Shown: positions 30,960-44,130 of the stretch, piece by piece | How the letters are laid out: each line of letters begins with the position of its first letter | Position numbering within the stretch: position 1 is the first letter of the stretch | From: the human T2T-CHM13v2.0 reference genome, Homo sapiens | Length of the DNA stretch: 64,000 bases | NCBI RefSeq assembly: GCF_009914755.1 | Contig: NC_060927.1 | Reading direction: 5' to 3' (one strand) | Made by a program: the position numbers and the translations under genes | Notes under the pieces: model-generated | What the model was told of the DNA's origin: nothing | Database searches by the model: none | The model's input: the letters and a program-made list of their open reading frames with translations, nothing else

Positions 30960-31180
30960 TGGGTTTTGGTGCCAGACTAGACTTAGATTTGAGATCCAAG
31001 TCTACTACCTAAGGTGATAAACTTAAGTCAGTCACTTACTTTTCTAAACTGCAGTACTGGAAGGATAACACAATTGATCTCAGAGGACTGTTGTGAAGTT
31101 TAAAGAAGATAATGTTTAGGAAGCTTTAACACAATAGCTCATGTATAGTAAGGCCTCAATAAATGCTAACTATATGTATT
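30960..31180 (+). mobile_element. MIR
   Basis: tttggtgccagactagactt...gtatagtaaggcctcaataaatgctaactat. Confidence 0.65.
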
Positions 31181-32164
31181 ATTTAATTATATAACTAGCA
31201 TTACCATATTATTATTATATAGCAATATGTGTAATGTTTTGACACTGTCAATAAATTTTGAGGTGTTTATCCCATTTTCAGATATTGGAAACTAAGGCAC
31301 AGAAGGGTTAAGTACCTTGCCCAAGGGCATCCTAGGGAGCGCTCTGAAGTTATGCCTTGTGATGCCACAATTATCATCATTCTAATCACAGGCCTCTAAG
31401 TGTGATCTGATCCAGACCTTCCACCCAGCCCTCCCAAGAACCTGGCCACACTCGTCAGGATTAAAGGAGGAGGTATTATTTCTTCAAGCCCTCCTGGAGT
31501 CTCTCTTGGCCTTTTTTGGCTCACATACTGCTGTACGTAGTTTGTGTCTGAAATGGAAAATTTCTGTAACACAATACCCAGCTCTGATCCCCACAGACTC
31601 TCAAATAATCTTTCTCTTTTTTTTCTTTTGGTTTGGGTTAAAATATGACTTCATGTGCAAAAAAGAAGCCTCATTTCCCAGCACTCTCAGCAGATTCATA
31701 AACATTGCAGACTCAAAGCCCTCTGGTTCCTAAGAGTTCCAAAGAATTAATTCTCCTTTTTTGAAAAAGGAGAGCAATGACTAAGAAGTGAGAAGAGAAA
31801 TGGAAAGATTAAAACTAGCTGCCTGTTTGGTGCAGGGTATATAGCTCTGAGAGCCCACCCTCTTCTGCACCTGCAAGAATCCTTGCATGTCTCCCAGCAC
31901 TTCTACAGGCAGCCCCAAGGAAAGGCAGGGAGCCATAGCTGCACTGAGCTTTATGATCCTGCCTGAAAGTGAGTATGTTAGGAAACTGGACAATGCAAAT
32001 CAAGGATTTTAGGTATTTGATTCATTGACTCCCTAGCATTCTTCTCTCCTGGAGAGTCAACTCTTAACACACTGTTTATGCTGTGTGAACAATACAGTGA
32101 ATTTCCCTTGAGTGAGTTATTTCTATGACAAGTTACTCTAACATAATAGCGAACTACAAACTGC

Positions 32165-32400
32165 ACAGGGCTTTGGAGCCCAACTGTTTGACTTTCATTT
32201 CCACCTCTACCACTTTCTAGCTGGGTGACCTAGGGCAATTTACTCACACTCTTCATGTTTTAGTTCGCTCATCTGTAAGTGGGACTTGTCATCAACTGTA
32301 CATTGTGAGATTTTCCTAGGAATAAATTACTTAATAAATTATCAAGTGCTTAGGGCAGTTCCTGATACATAGTAAGCCCCATATGTCTTGCTATTACTAT
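32165..32400 (+). mobile_element. MIR
   Basis: ggctttggagccc...ctagctgggtgacctagggcaatttact...cctgatacatagtaagc. Confidence 0.75.
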
Positions 32401-32456
32401 TTATTTTTATTATTATTATTACTACAACTACTACTCTACTGCAAGGAAAAGAGCAG

Positions 32457-32807
32457 TGCTATAATCTGAATGTTTGTATCCCCAGAAATTCATGTTTTGA
32501 GATCCTAGGTGATGGTATTAGGTTGTAGTATTAGGAGGTGATTCGATCACGAGGACAAAGCCCTTGTGATTAGGATTAGTGCCCTCATAAAAGAGACCCC
32601 AGAGCAGGCCAGCCCCTTCTACCACATGATGACACAGTGAGAAGGCACCATTCGTGAACCAGGAAACAGTCCCTCACCAGACACTGAATCTGTTGGTGCC
32701 TTGATCTTAGACTTCCCAGTTCCTAGAACTGTGAGGAATGAATTCTGTTTTTTCTAAGCTACCCAGTCTATGATAAATTGTTAAAGCAGCCCGAACAGAC
32801 AAAGACA
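32457..32807 (+). mobile_element. MaLR solo LTR (MLT1A0-like)
   Basis: tgctataatctgaatgttt...cagacaaagaca; perfect 5-bp TSD agcag at 32452-32456 and 32808-32812. Confidence 0.9.
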
Positions 32808-32889
32808 AGCAGTTATGGCTATGTTTGCTCAAGAAAATATAATCCCAAAATAGAAAGGAAGCAGTTTGGCCTTCTGGTAATGGTATAAC

Positions 32890-33100
32890 TCTGGATTCAG
32901 ACAGACCTGCACATGACCTTTGACACCGCTACTCAAGTTGTGTGACCTTTGACAAGCTATGGAACCTCTTTAAATCCACTTTCCCGTTTATAAAATGGAG
33001 ATAGTAACATTTACCTCATAGGGCTACAGGGAAGATCTGATGAAGTAATGTTTGGGAAGTTCTCAACTGTTGGTCAGCAGCCCAGGAATGGTAGTTATTG
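32890..33100 (+). mobile_element. MIR
   Basis: ctggattcagacagacctg...tgtgtgacctttgacaag...tataaaatggagatagtaac. Confidence 0.7.
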
Positions 33101-34962
33101 TGTGGCAAACTGGTCACATGAACAAAGAAATCCATTAAGTAAGTTTCTCCTAAAAGCACTTACAACCACCCTACTTGATACAACTGACTAAAACAATCCC
33201 AACATCTGAGATTCTTACCAAATATACACAGACAGAGTACATGGTAAACTAGCACGGTCCTTTGTATATTTTTCTGTCTCCTGTGTTAAACATGGATTGT
33301 TGTTAGGTTGATAAATTGCCTATCACCCCTATTCCCAACCTCCCCTTCTTTATCAGTCACACTTTTGTCCCAGCATATACATGTTGATGTGGTGAGGTTT
33401 TGCCAGATTTCATAAAGGGAACTATGATAAAAAAAAATACCCCACTGATCTTCAAGTTTCAATTTTCAGATTATATGAAATTTGTGTGATGAAATAAAGG
33501 TTCTTGAGGAATCACAGGTAGGGCACCAGCATCATTCAATTCCAGGGGGCACTGTTTCCATCATACTGTATTAAAGCTAGGCTCCAAGGGCGCCTTTAAT
33601 GGAGAACACAATAGGATGGTTGCCTCCTGGAGTTGTGCAACAGAATAGCTCTGATCTCAAAGTGCAGGAAACAAGGTCCACTGACACAGACTTGGACTCT
33701 AACCTCTCTTCTTTTTGATGAGTCAGACTCTGTCTTCCAAAAGTTAATTTATACTTGCTGAGTGAGAACTTGCTAATACCCAAGCGACATCACCATGAAG
33801 AGGAATTGTAGAATCACAGATCTGAGAGTTGAAAGACCAGCACTGGTCATCGGGCCCACCCTCTCCAGTGCCCTAGGGGAACATGCCAGTGCAGTTCCAG
33901 TTTGCCTTTGTTAATAGGGCCAAAAAAAGTCTGAGGCTTGGCTTCCAAGGAGTATTAGAGTTCAACAAATTCTCATTCTCAATAGGCAGGCGTGAAACAC
34001 TCTTAACCCTTGGCTCACTCCACCAGCACATGTGTTTGAAGCCCCTTAGTCTTCACTAACGCACTTTCTAAAGAAGTAGAAGGAAGTTGTGATATCAGCA
34101 CTGAAGGGTGGTGAGAAAAAAATGGATGGACCCAAACACCAATGGAAGAAGATCATGGAAAGTATTGACTCCAGAACACTAACAAGTGACTGTGCTTTTT
34201 CCTTTTATACTTTCCCCTTCTGCCACCCCCACAGGCTTCTTACACAATGTATCATACAGCACTTTAAAGCTGAAAGCCATCCACAAAATTATCTTGTCCT
34301 AAGGCACCCAGTTTTCAGATGAGAAAATGAGTCTCAGATGTCAGGCAGTGCAAAGCATCCAGGAAAGATAATCGATCCAAAAATCACTTACATTTTTAGC
34401 TGACTTAAAACGGAGAGAGAAATGTATTCAGGTCAGAGCAAGTGGCATTTTTAACTCCATTACATAAATATAGAAGCTAATGCTCAAAATAAAATGGTGA
34501 TGTAAACTTGGTTCATAAACTTCTCTGCTGGGTTAGACAGTCTATGGTGACATCAGGGCTTGAAGTGAAGATTGGAACTAGGTTATATCCAGAAGTTCCC
34601 TGAGAAGGGAGGCTGAGAGGTGAGTGAAAAAATATGTTCCCATTATTTGAAACTTAAGGTGGAAAAGAAGCCAACCTCTAATCAATAATGTAGATTTACT
34701 TTAACATTTCATTGTTGCCATTTCTTCTTTTATATGCACACACACACACACACATACACACATACTGCAAATCAGAAGAATAGAAATCTGAAGTCAAAAC
34801 ACCAGGATTTTTAATTTACTACCTGTGTCATCTTTCTCAGTTTCACATTGTCTTTTCCATAAATTAAAATTTATTATAGTGTCTTTCTTACAGCTTTGTT
34901 GTATAGATCAAATAAGATAATGAAGTGTACCTGCTTTGTAAATCATGAAGCAGTAATTTTTA

Positions 34963-35328
<366 letters not shown>

Positions 35329-35525
35329 TTACCAAAATTTTTACACATGCATAAAAAGAGTTTTGCATGTAATTTCATAGGGTTTTCAGACATTCTGAAG
35401 ACACCAATTTAACACCTGCTTGGATAGTGCTTACCAAATGTAGAATATTCCAGCCTGGACAACACAGTATTTTTACAACATGGGATAAATTAAGATGAGT
35501 CATTTATTTATTTGATAAACGTTTA

Positions 35526-35895
<370 letters not shown>

Positions 35896-36349
35896 AGCAG
35901 TCCAAAAACGTATTAAAGCAAAGGAGTCTCTTTACATGCATTATATCAACTGAGAAAGTCACCTTGCTATGGCATCTGTCCCCAGAGCTCCAGTGTCTGG
36001 TTACTCTGTTCAGATGGAGGGTAGTCTGGGTGTCTCTGATTTGAGACAGAGAACCTGCATACAGAAAAGTCAAGGGACTTTTCCAGTGGACTTGGTACAC
36101 AGAAGGATTTGGGTACAGATGAGCAGAGAGAAGCTGTATTCAACTTTGGCTCCTCATAATCTCCTGTCTTGAACCCTTCATGTCAGTGAAAAGACATCTG
36201 TAAACATCTGTCATTCTTCCACATTTCATTAAGTATGCTTCTTGTAGATTGTTGACACCAAACTAGTGAATCAGATATCTGATGACATAACTTAGAATTG
36301 GAAACAGGCATTTTCACTATAAGCAGAAGTTTCTAAAAAATTCCTGCCA

Positions 36350-36540
36350 TGTAGGGTTCAAATCATTTCACCACTTTCTAGCTTTGGGAAGCACACACAA
36401 AAAATGTATTTTTATTATCTGAAAATCAGGATGATAATCATGACTTCCACATTTAGCTATGAAATTAAATAATTCCTCTGAAGTACTTAAAACTGTACCT
36501 GGCATATAGTGAAAGCTCAATAAATGATGATTATTATAAC
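36350..36540 (+). mobile_element. MIR
   Basis: gggttcaaatc...cctggcatatagtgaaagctcaataaatg. Confidence 0.65.
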
Positions 36541-39500
36541 TGTCATCGTTCTCATTCTCAACAGCTATCTCTTACCCTTGTAGGTATTCTTACCCTTGTA
36601 GGAAGCCCATTGGTTTTACTGGCAATGGAAAATATGTTTTGTTGTAGATGCTATTTCCTAAAATATTATGATTTTTTAAATGTGGCTACTAAATTTGTCT
36701 ATAGAGATGTTAATTTTTGTCTTGACTTAGGTTTGATTTTCCAAGTTCCTGCTTGGGTTGTATATGAATAGGGTTATCTAGAGGAAGCAGGTAGAAATTG
36801 TTAAGAGCTGGTAGGATGTGATAAAGGTTGAGATTTGGAAGTTAAATTTGAAAAAACAGAATCAGAGAGAGGGATGATTGATCCTGATTAGGATTGTCTA
36901 GAAGAAAATGAAGAAAAGGTGAGAGTTGATAGCCACAAATAGGGGAGTTTCCCCTATTAGAAAGTACCCAGGAAAGCTATTGTTTGCCCTGGCCATTGAT
37001 ATTCAGGCAAACTACCCAATTTCATTTTAGGTGACTTTGATAGAAACTGGATTGCAGGAAGAAGATAAAATTTCTTCATGAACCAGAATGAGGAAGTGGT
37101 GGTATACTCAGAAGAGAACTAAGGGACTCAAACAAAAAATCCTGTTGAGTCCACCTGGATTTGATGGTGGGGTTGCCTACCTATAGTTTGTAACAAATGT
37201 TTTTCACGTTTAAGTGAGAATATTATTCTCTGTAAACAGCAGACTACTATTATGATGGGTGTGTAGAGGAGAAAAATGTAAGAGGACAACTGGTGAGAGG
37301 TGTAGTGCTAAAACTATGGCCTGCAGAGGACCTCTTTCCTATTTGCAGACCTAGCCCCAACCCATGAATGAAAACAATAGAAATGATCTGCTATAAGATT
37401 TCAGGGAGTTTAGGGGAGCTCCGGAGAGCTGTATGTCCACACATCAGCCAGCCAGTCCATCCCTCACCCACACCCTCGGATCCTGCCACAAATATATGAA
37501 TCACTGCCATAGCAATGTTCATGGACCCATGCCAAACAAAGGTCCATACGACTGCCTGGGATTTAAATGTCTTCCTGTGTAATCTCATCACCCAAGTCCA
37601 CCCACGTACTTGGAGTTTGCTCTGCCCTGCCAGCTTCTTTTGCATTGTCTAGCTGGACCTACATTCAGAGGTCCTTGGAGACAATGCTTGGATTCATGTC
37701 TGGAATGCTTCAGCATACCATTGAACCCACTCCCACTTCATCATTGCCTGGGGAAGAGATTCACAAGTGCCCAAGGAGCCCACTGGTTGCCAATGAGCAA
37801 TTTCTCGAGCCTTTAATTATGGGCCAATGAAAACAATGCCTTTAGTGAACTGCTGCCTCCCTTTCACCTCTGACCCATGGTCAGACACGTGACTGTGAGT
37901 GTTGCCAGATGGAAATTGTTAGTGAAGAACCACATTTAACAGAACTTTTATTTATCAACTGAGAGCAGCACTCATCAGTTATCCTGTGGGCTTGAGCTGT
38001 GTTTAATATATAAGTAACCTCAATATTGTATGTGCAACACTATGGGTTTGGATGAGGATTGGCCTATGAAAGAAGAATTTGTCCCCTCCAAGTTCCCTTA
38101 TCAAGCACTAGGAGCATGAAGAGTATGGAAAAACCAGTCCAAATTATTAGGTAATAATGTTCTGGGAGGCAGCCCAAAGTCCAAGTAAATATTCTCACTT
38201 GTGTCCAAACCCTTGCTTGGCAGCTCTGTCAGACACTGTCTTTTCCCCATATTCTACCATCCTAGAGAGTAAAATACAAACTCTTACCTCAAAAACCCCT
38301 GCCAACCAAGTATTCATTATCTGTCTTTCCCTCATCTGAACATTTTGTAGCTCAGATCAGGTGTTTGTTGGAGTCTGATTACTCTATTTTCAAATAATAC
38401 AGCATACGACTACAGTGCTGATAGCAAGTTTAAGAAGGTTCAACCTAAGGGAAGAGTGATGTTAGGGAACTGGAGTTCCTCATTTCCAACATTTTCCAGG
38501 TCTAAAAGTGCACTTTGTAGAAAAAACAAGTGCTTACATTCTTAGCTGTCTGGATGTGCAATATTATCTACAACCTACAGCCTTAGAAACTTTTCCTTTG
38601 AACTCGTGTTTCGTTCCATCTCTAAACTGTATGATCTTTAGCTGCTCTATTCAGTAAGTATTTGGGCAGATGGATGCAAATTGATGAAACACATATGGTT
38701 AAGACAGAGATTAAGAACGCTGCTGGGTTAAATATATCTGTGTAGTGATTTCCATAAGTATCTTAGCTGTTCAGACAACATAGATAAATTAACCCATAGA
38801 ATCCATTGTTGAATTTTAGTTACTTTACTTTTTAGCGTCTCAGATAATTTTACAAAATTTATGTCACTTTCCAGTATTTCTGTAAAATATTTTAGAGAAA
38901 AAGCAGGATCTTCAATTCATTAATGGAAAACTGATGTAATGAGAAAAACAGGCCAGAGCCACACAGCTGAGAGTCATTGGTTGCATCTAGAAGCCCATGT
39001 TTCCCTTGTAGAAGGTGCTTCCTCTGGGAAGGGTGCTTATTACGTCATCAATGTATTTTTTCCAGATACCAGGCTCTTTTTTGGGATATGGGAACTCAGC
39101 CTGGGGAAACATTTACTATCCCTAAGCAAGTACTTAGATCTTTGTAAGAAAGCTCATTATTTTTTTTCTCCTACTTTTCTGATGTGTGTATTTCCCTTTC
39201 CTTAGAGACTACCAATTAGTAAGATTGCAAATTTAGTTTGGCATCTAATTTATTTGTTACTATTTTTAATGCAAATGTTAAGTGGGCCAGCCTCTGAGAA
39301 TCTGTGATTTTTATGCTGTTGTTCCCCAGACACAACAATTCTCTTGTCTAAGTTAGTGCAACACCTACACAAACACAAAATATGCCAGGTTATAAGACTA
39401 TAGACACGCACTTGGGAAAATGCTGTGTAGTGTATAAATTACCATAACTTGTGTTATTATAGGAATCTGTGAGAGAATTCATATCACTTTACCCATTTCA

Positions 39501-39992
39501 TAAATGGAAAAACTTACTCAGAGATATGAAATGACTTCTCCAATATTACACGGTTCCCACCTCACAGAGGTAGAACTGGTCACCAAAAGTAAAAATCTTA
39601 CTTCTCAATTGAAGATTTTGCCAGGATATGCCATAAGACTCTTCTTAGAAGATGAGCAAAGGGAGACAAGAATAAAAATCCTAGTCCCAGAGGGCTGGTC
39701 AAGGATCTGACCACCTGCAGAGAAGAATGACCCCAGAACTAAACAGTGATTGGTACGAAGCCAGTCAGCTGTAGCAAAGCAGCCAGGATGAGGCAGCTTG
39801 AGTAGGGTGAGGAGAGATGTGGAGCCCAGCAGCCTCATGGCATGCGGGGGTTTCTCCCAAGGCTCTGCACACACCATTGTGCAGCTGCCCCTTTCTTTAA
39901 TGTTAGTTCTCATGAAAGTTCCAGTGCAGATGAAACTGTCAGCATCTCAGCAATCATGGGTTTTGAGAAAGAAGAAGCGGTGCCTAGCTAAA

Positions 39993-40710
39993 TGTATTTG
40001 TTTTCTAGGGCTGCCATTACAAAGTACCACAAATGGGTGGCTTACACAACATAATTTCGATTTCAAAATGTCAGCAGCGTTGGCTCCTTCTGAGGGCTGT
40101 TTGGGAGAATCTCTTCTATGCCTGTCTTAGCTTCTGGTGGTTTGCTGTTACACTTTGGCTTTCCTTGTCTTGTAAATGCATCACCCCATCACTGCCTTCA
40201 TCTTTTTTTTTTTCTTTGAGACAGAGTCTTGCTCACTTGCCCAGGCTGGAGTGCAGTGGTGCCATCTCGGTTCACTGCAACCTCCCCTTCCTGGGTTCAA
40301 GTGATTCTCGTGCCTCAGCATCCTGACTACAGGTGTGTGCCACCACGCCCAGCTAATTTTTTGTATTTTTAGTAGAGATGGGGTTTCACCACGTGGGCCA
40401 GACTGGTCTCGAACTCCTGGCCTCAAGTAGTCCGCCTGCCTCAGCCTCCCAAAGTTCTGGGATACAGGCATGAACCACTGCACCTGGCCACTGCCTTCAT
40501 CTTTATATGGCATTCTTCTGACATACACATATGTGCCTGTGTCCAAATTTCTCCTTTGTGTAAGGATGCCAGTTATACTGGATTAGAGTCTACCCTCATG
40601 ACTTTAACTTGATCACCTGCAAAGACCCTGTTCCCAAAAAAGATCACATTCACAGGTACTGGAGGTTAGGACTTCAACATCTTTTGGGGGGACACAATTC
40701 ACCCAACACA
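39993..40710 (-). mobile_element. MaLR solo LTR (MLT1B/C-like), split by an Alu
   Basis: tgtatttgttttctagggctgccattacaaagtaccacaaa...cacattcacaggtactggaggttaggacttcaaca. Confidence 0.85.
40206..40489 (-). mobile_element. AluS-like
   Basis: Alu body; TSD actgccttcatcttt at 40191-40205 and 40490-40504. Confidence 0.92.
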
Positions 40711-43700
40711 AAAGAGTAAATGTTTCTTCTTAAATGGAATCTCCTAATTCAAAAATAGTCATTCTTCACATGCTTATTTTAGTGTTACTTACCTCAAAAC
40801 ATAAGGATTAACTGTCTTTTTTATAAAGTTCAATTTTTTCTTGTTAGGTTTTTAAATTTTTTTATATTTTGACAAATAACCCTTTGAATTTGGTATAAAA
40901 TACCTTCTGCTCCTCAAAAAAAAAGACAAATGCTGCATTGAAATGGAAGGCTGCAATCATTATGAGAATTTATTACTCCTTCTTACTTGAACTGTGAACT
41001 TTCATTCACATCACTGAGAACAAATTATACACTTAAAATGGCTCAAAACCTATTGTCTTTTTCTTACTGTTACTATTTTTCCAGAGGAGACCCTGTTCAG
41101 AGGAAGTTATTTTCCAATGTGCCCTTGGAAAAGTTCTACAAGTAGTATTTTCAAAAGGACTTAATTTAATAATTCTATTTTTTAAATAAATTATATTTAG
41201 ACTATATTAACATAAAGATTTTTAAAGTGGGGTTGGGGAGAAGGGAAGGAGTAAAAAGAAGGAAAAGAAGAGGAAGAAGGCTAAACCTATGAAGGGGAGT
41301 AACCATATAAATGACTAAGGCTACAGGTTTTTGTTTGGTTTAACCCCAAAGCTGGAGGGCTTTTTAAAGCTCTCTCCACTCTCTGGTCCCTGAACTCAGA
41401 AATGCCTAGATCAGCCCTGCCTGGCTAGATTCTGGGAATAACATTTTTCTTGTAGAGGAAATTGTACCAGGGACCTAGCCAAGTCTAAATTATCTTTTTG
41501 GGTTTGCATTGGCATTTTTCTTGGTTCAAATTCACAAGTAAAGGTTGCCGCAAGAGAATATCCCGGGTCGTTTTCTTTACCGAAGGGCTTAGCTATACCT
41601 ATAGAGCTTATCTGTTTGCCTTGACTGTCCATGGACCTCAGGGAAAGACATGATTTCATAAACACCTCATAGAGCCCATCCCTGCACACTTTTTTTAACA
41701 GGCCCCACAGGCCTGCACCCCTGAAGGAGGGTTGGTGTGTATGAGGAATGCAATTTGGATTTTCTTCACAGAGACGTGAGAATTCCTAAGTTGAGGCCAA
41801 CAACTCCTCACCTATCCATTTCCACTCATGTGCAAATCATATATTTCTGATTCTCAGCACTCCTTTCTTGAATTTAAGTATAGAAGCAAACAACTTCAGT
41901 AAACAGATAGGTAAGAAGTTTTATGCTCTAAGGATTGAAATTGTAAAGGTCTAAGAACCAGTCCTTATTGAAACAGACAAACAGGAATTTCAGTGCTCTG
42001 ATAGCATCGCTCGAAGTGCAGTCTGAGAACCACTTTTAGCAGAATTATCAGAAAAGCGTATTCATTAAAGTTAACAAGGTTTCCCAGGCTCTGCTCCAAA
42101 CCTGGAGCAGAAGTTCTTGGAGTGAGAACTCATGAATCTCATTTTTAACCATTTCCCAGGTGCCTTCAATTCACATTAAAGTATGAGAGCTATTGCATGA
42201 CCCAAATGTATGAGAAGACAGCCAAGGGTTGTGAATATGGATCCCAACATAGGCTTGAGGGGGTCCCTTAAAGACTAATAAAATCGGTGATTTGTCACAC
42301 AAGCTTTAGAGAAAGGTGAATTTTAGATAGGGTTTTTCCTGACTTCTGATAGCTGTAGCAAAATATGTTTCCACGATCTTATGCTCTCTCAAGCACTTCG
42401 CATTCATCCCTGACTTTGAGTTACCCAGATCTATTTACCTGAATTTCTCCTGAGACAGAGACAACGACTTCGTATCTTTCTGCCTTGATATATCCCTTGA
42501 CTGGCAGAGTGCCTGTATGAGTAGGCACTTAATAAACTTTTGTTGATTAAATAAATAAACATAGCTGCTTTACTCATCAGGAACTTAGCAAGAAAAGAGT
42601 TTATGCTTATTCTCAGTAAACTATTATGATGTACTATAACATAGGTTTAATATGAGGCCAGGTCTTATTGGATCTTTATTTCTAATATCTCAAAACATTA
42701 GTTTCTTCTCAAATACTACCATGTCACTTCTTGTGTTGAAAACTTATTTATGCACTCTCTTCCCACCACTTACTGGGAAAGCTGCCGTAACAGCAGGTAC
42801 CAGGAAAAAGCCAAACTGGCCTAAATAAAGAGAAATTTTCAAATGACATTTAGTTCATCTGTATTCAGTATTAAGGTTTCTTCTTCACTTAGCTGAGCTC
42901 TATAAACACCTGTCAGTGGCACTATGAGATACAGCCTTTAGAATATTGCTGCTTCATTCACACAGTGGACTGTAGGGAGGAGAAAGCCAGTGCCAGGGAG
43001 GGCTCCTTAGTTATTGAGACCTCACCTTCCCACCTCTGTTGTGTGCTCTTGGGAGCTCTAGGTAGGGGTCTCACTCAAGTAAGGCTGTGAGAGGTATCTG
43101 GGTGATGGATGTGCTTCAGGAATGCATTTCACAGCAGATGTTTTTCCAGACTTGCTGTTAGGGTGCAGTTTCCTCCTTCAGGGAGGGTTTAGTGGCTCAG
43201 GAAATTAATAAAGTCAGACAGAAAAAAAATTGATCAAAGTCCTGGTGCTAATGTATGCTCTATCTCCTGGAAGTTAATGGAGATCAGACAGCAAAATGCT
43301 AGGGATGCGAGCCCCGAGTGGCTTGGCGCATCTGCATTTAGAAGCACTGGCTGAAGAAGCATCACTGCTAGAAATGTAAGACATGCAGAGTCCTGGGAAA
43401 GGGCACCACTGGGGCTTGGAGTGGTTTTCATGGTTTTTTTCTGTTTTCATCTTTCAAAGGGAAAAATTGCTGAAATAAAGCTGACTTGAAATCATTTCAG
43501 GCATGTGTGTATCCTGACTGGCACATTCTTTGTCATGTTAACTTCTTTTGATTTCAAAGAACACTGTCAATTTACTAGGCCCCAAATTCGTGGTGTTTTT
43601 AATTTAAACAGAGGGTTGCCAAACCTATCCCTAAGAGAAATATTTTCATGATCCAGCTCTTTTGTCAACTCCACAGCTCGGGTGTGGTTTCATTCCCCAG

Positions 43701-43919
43701 TTCAGCATCCCTCTGTGCTGTTGAGAAACCCAAGACAATGTCGGGGAAACATGAAAATACTCTCGATGGATTGGATTCTGCCTGAATCTCATCAGAAGGA
43801 TGTGCCATAAGGAGTGAGTTGGAGAAACAAGGGAACCGAATTAAGATTTATATTTAATAGCACAATGTGTGGTATAAAGAAAATATGAGAGTCTTATAAG
43901 AATTCCTAATAATGAGATA

Positions 43920-44130
43920 ATAATCATAGCTATCAATCAGTGAACAGGGGAGTCAATTGCAGAGCACTTCTCTTGTGGCTCTACAGATATCTCATGTCAT
44001 CCTCCAAACAACCTTATGAGTAGATACTATCATCATCACCATCATTTATACATGGAACCAAAGAGCAGAGAGATCAAAAAGAGATGACTCGGACTATCAT
44101 TTTGCTAGATGCAGGGTTGGTCCACACCCT
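43920..44130 (-). mobile_element. MIR relic
   Basis: atcctccaaacaaccttatgagtagatactatcatc...catttatacatgga. Confidence 0.55.

Noticed and set aside
36570-36602. tcttacccttgtagg twice, 18-bp period
   Set aside because: Ordinary micro-duplication with no other supporting structure.
43304-43332. Small CpG-containing hairpin gatgcg-agcc...ggct-tgg-cgcatc
   Set aside because: Short bulged stem, too small for a pre-miRNA and likely by chance.
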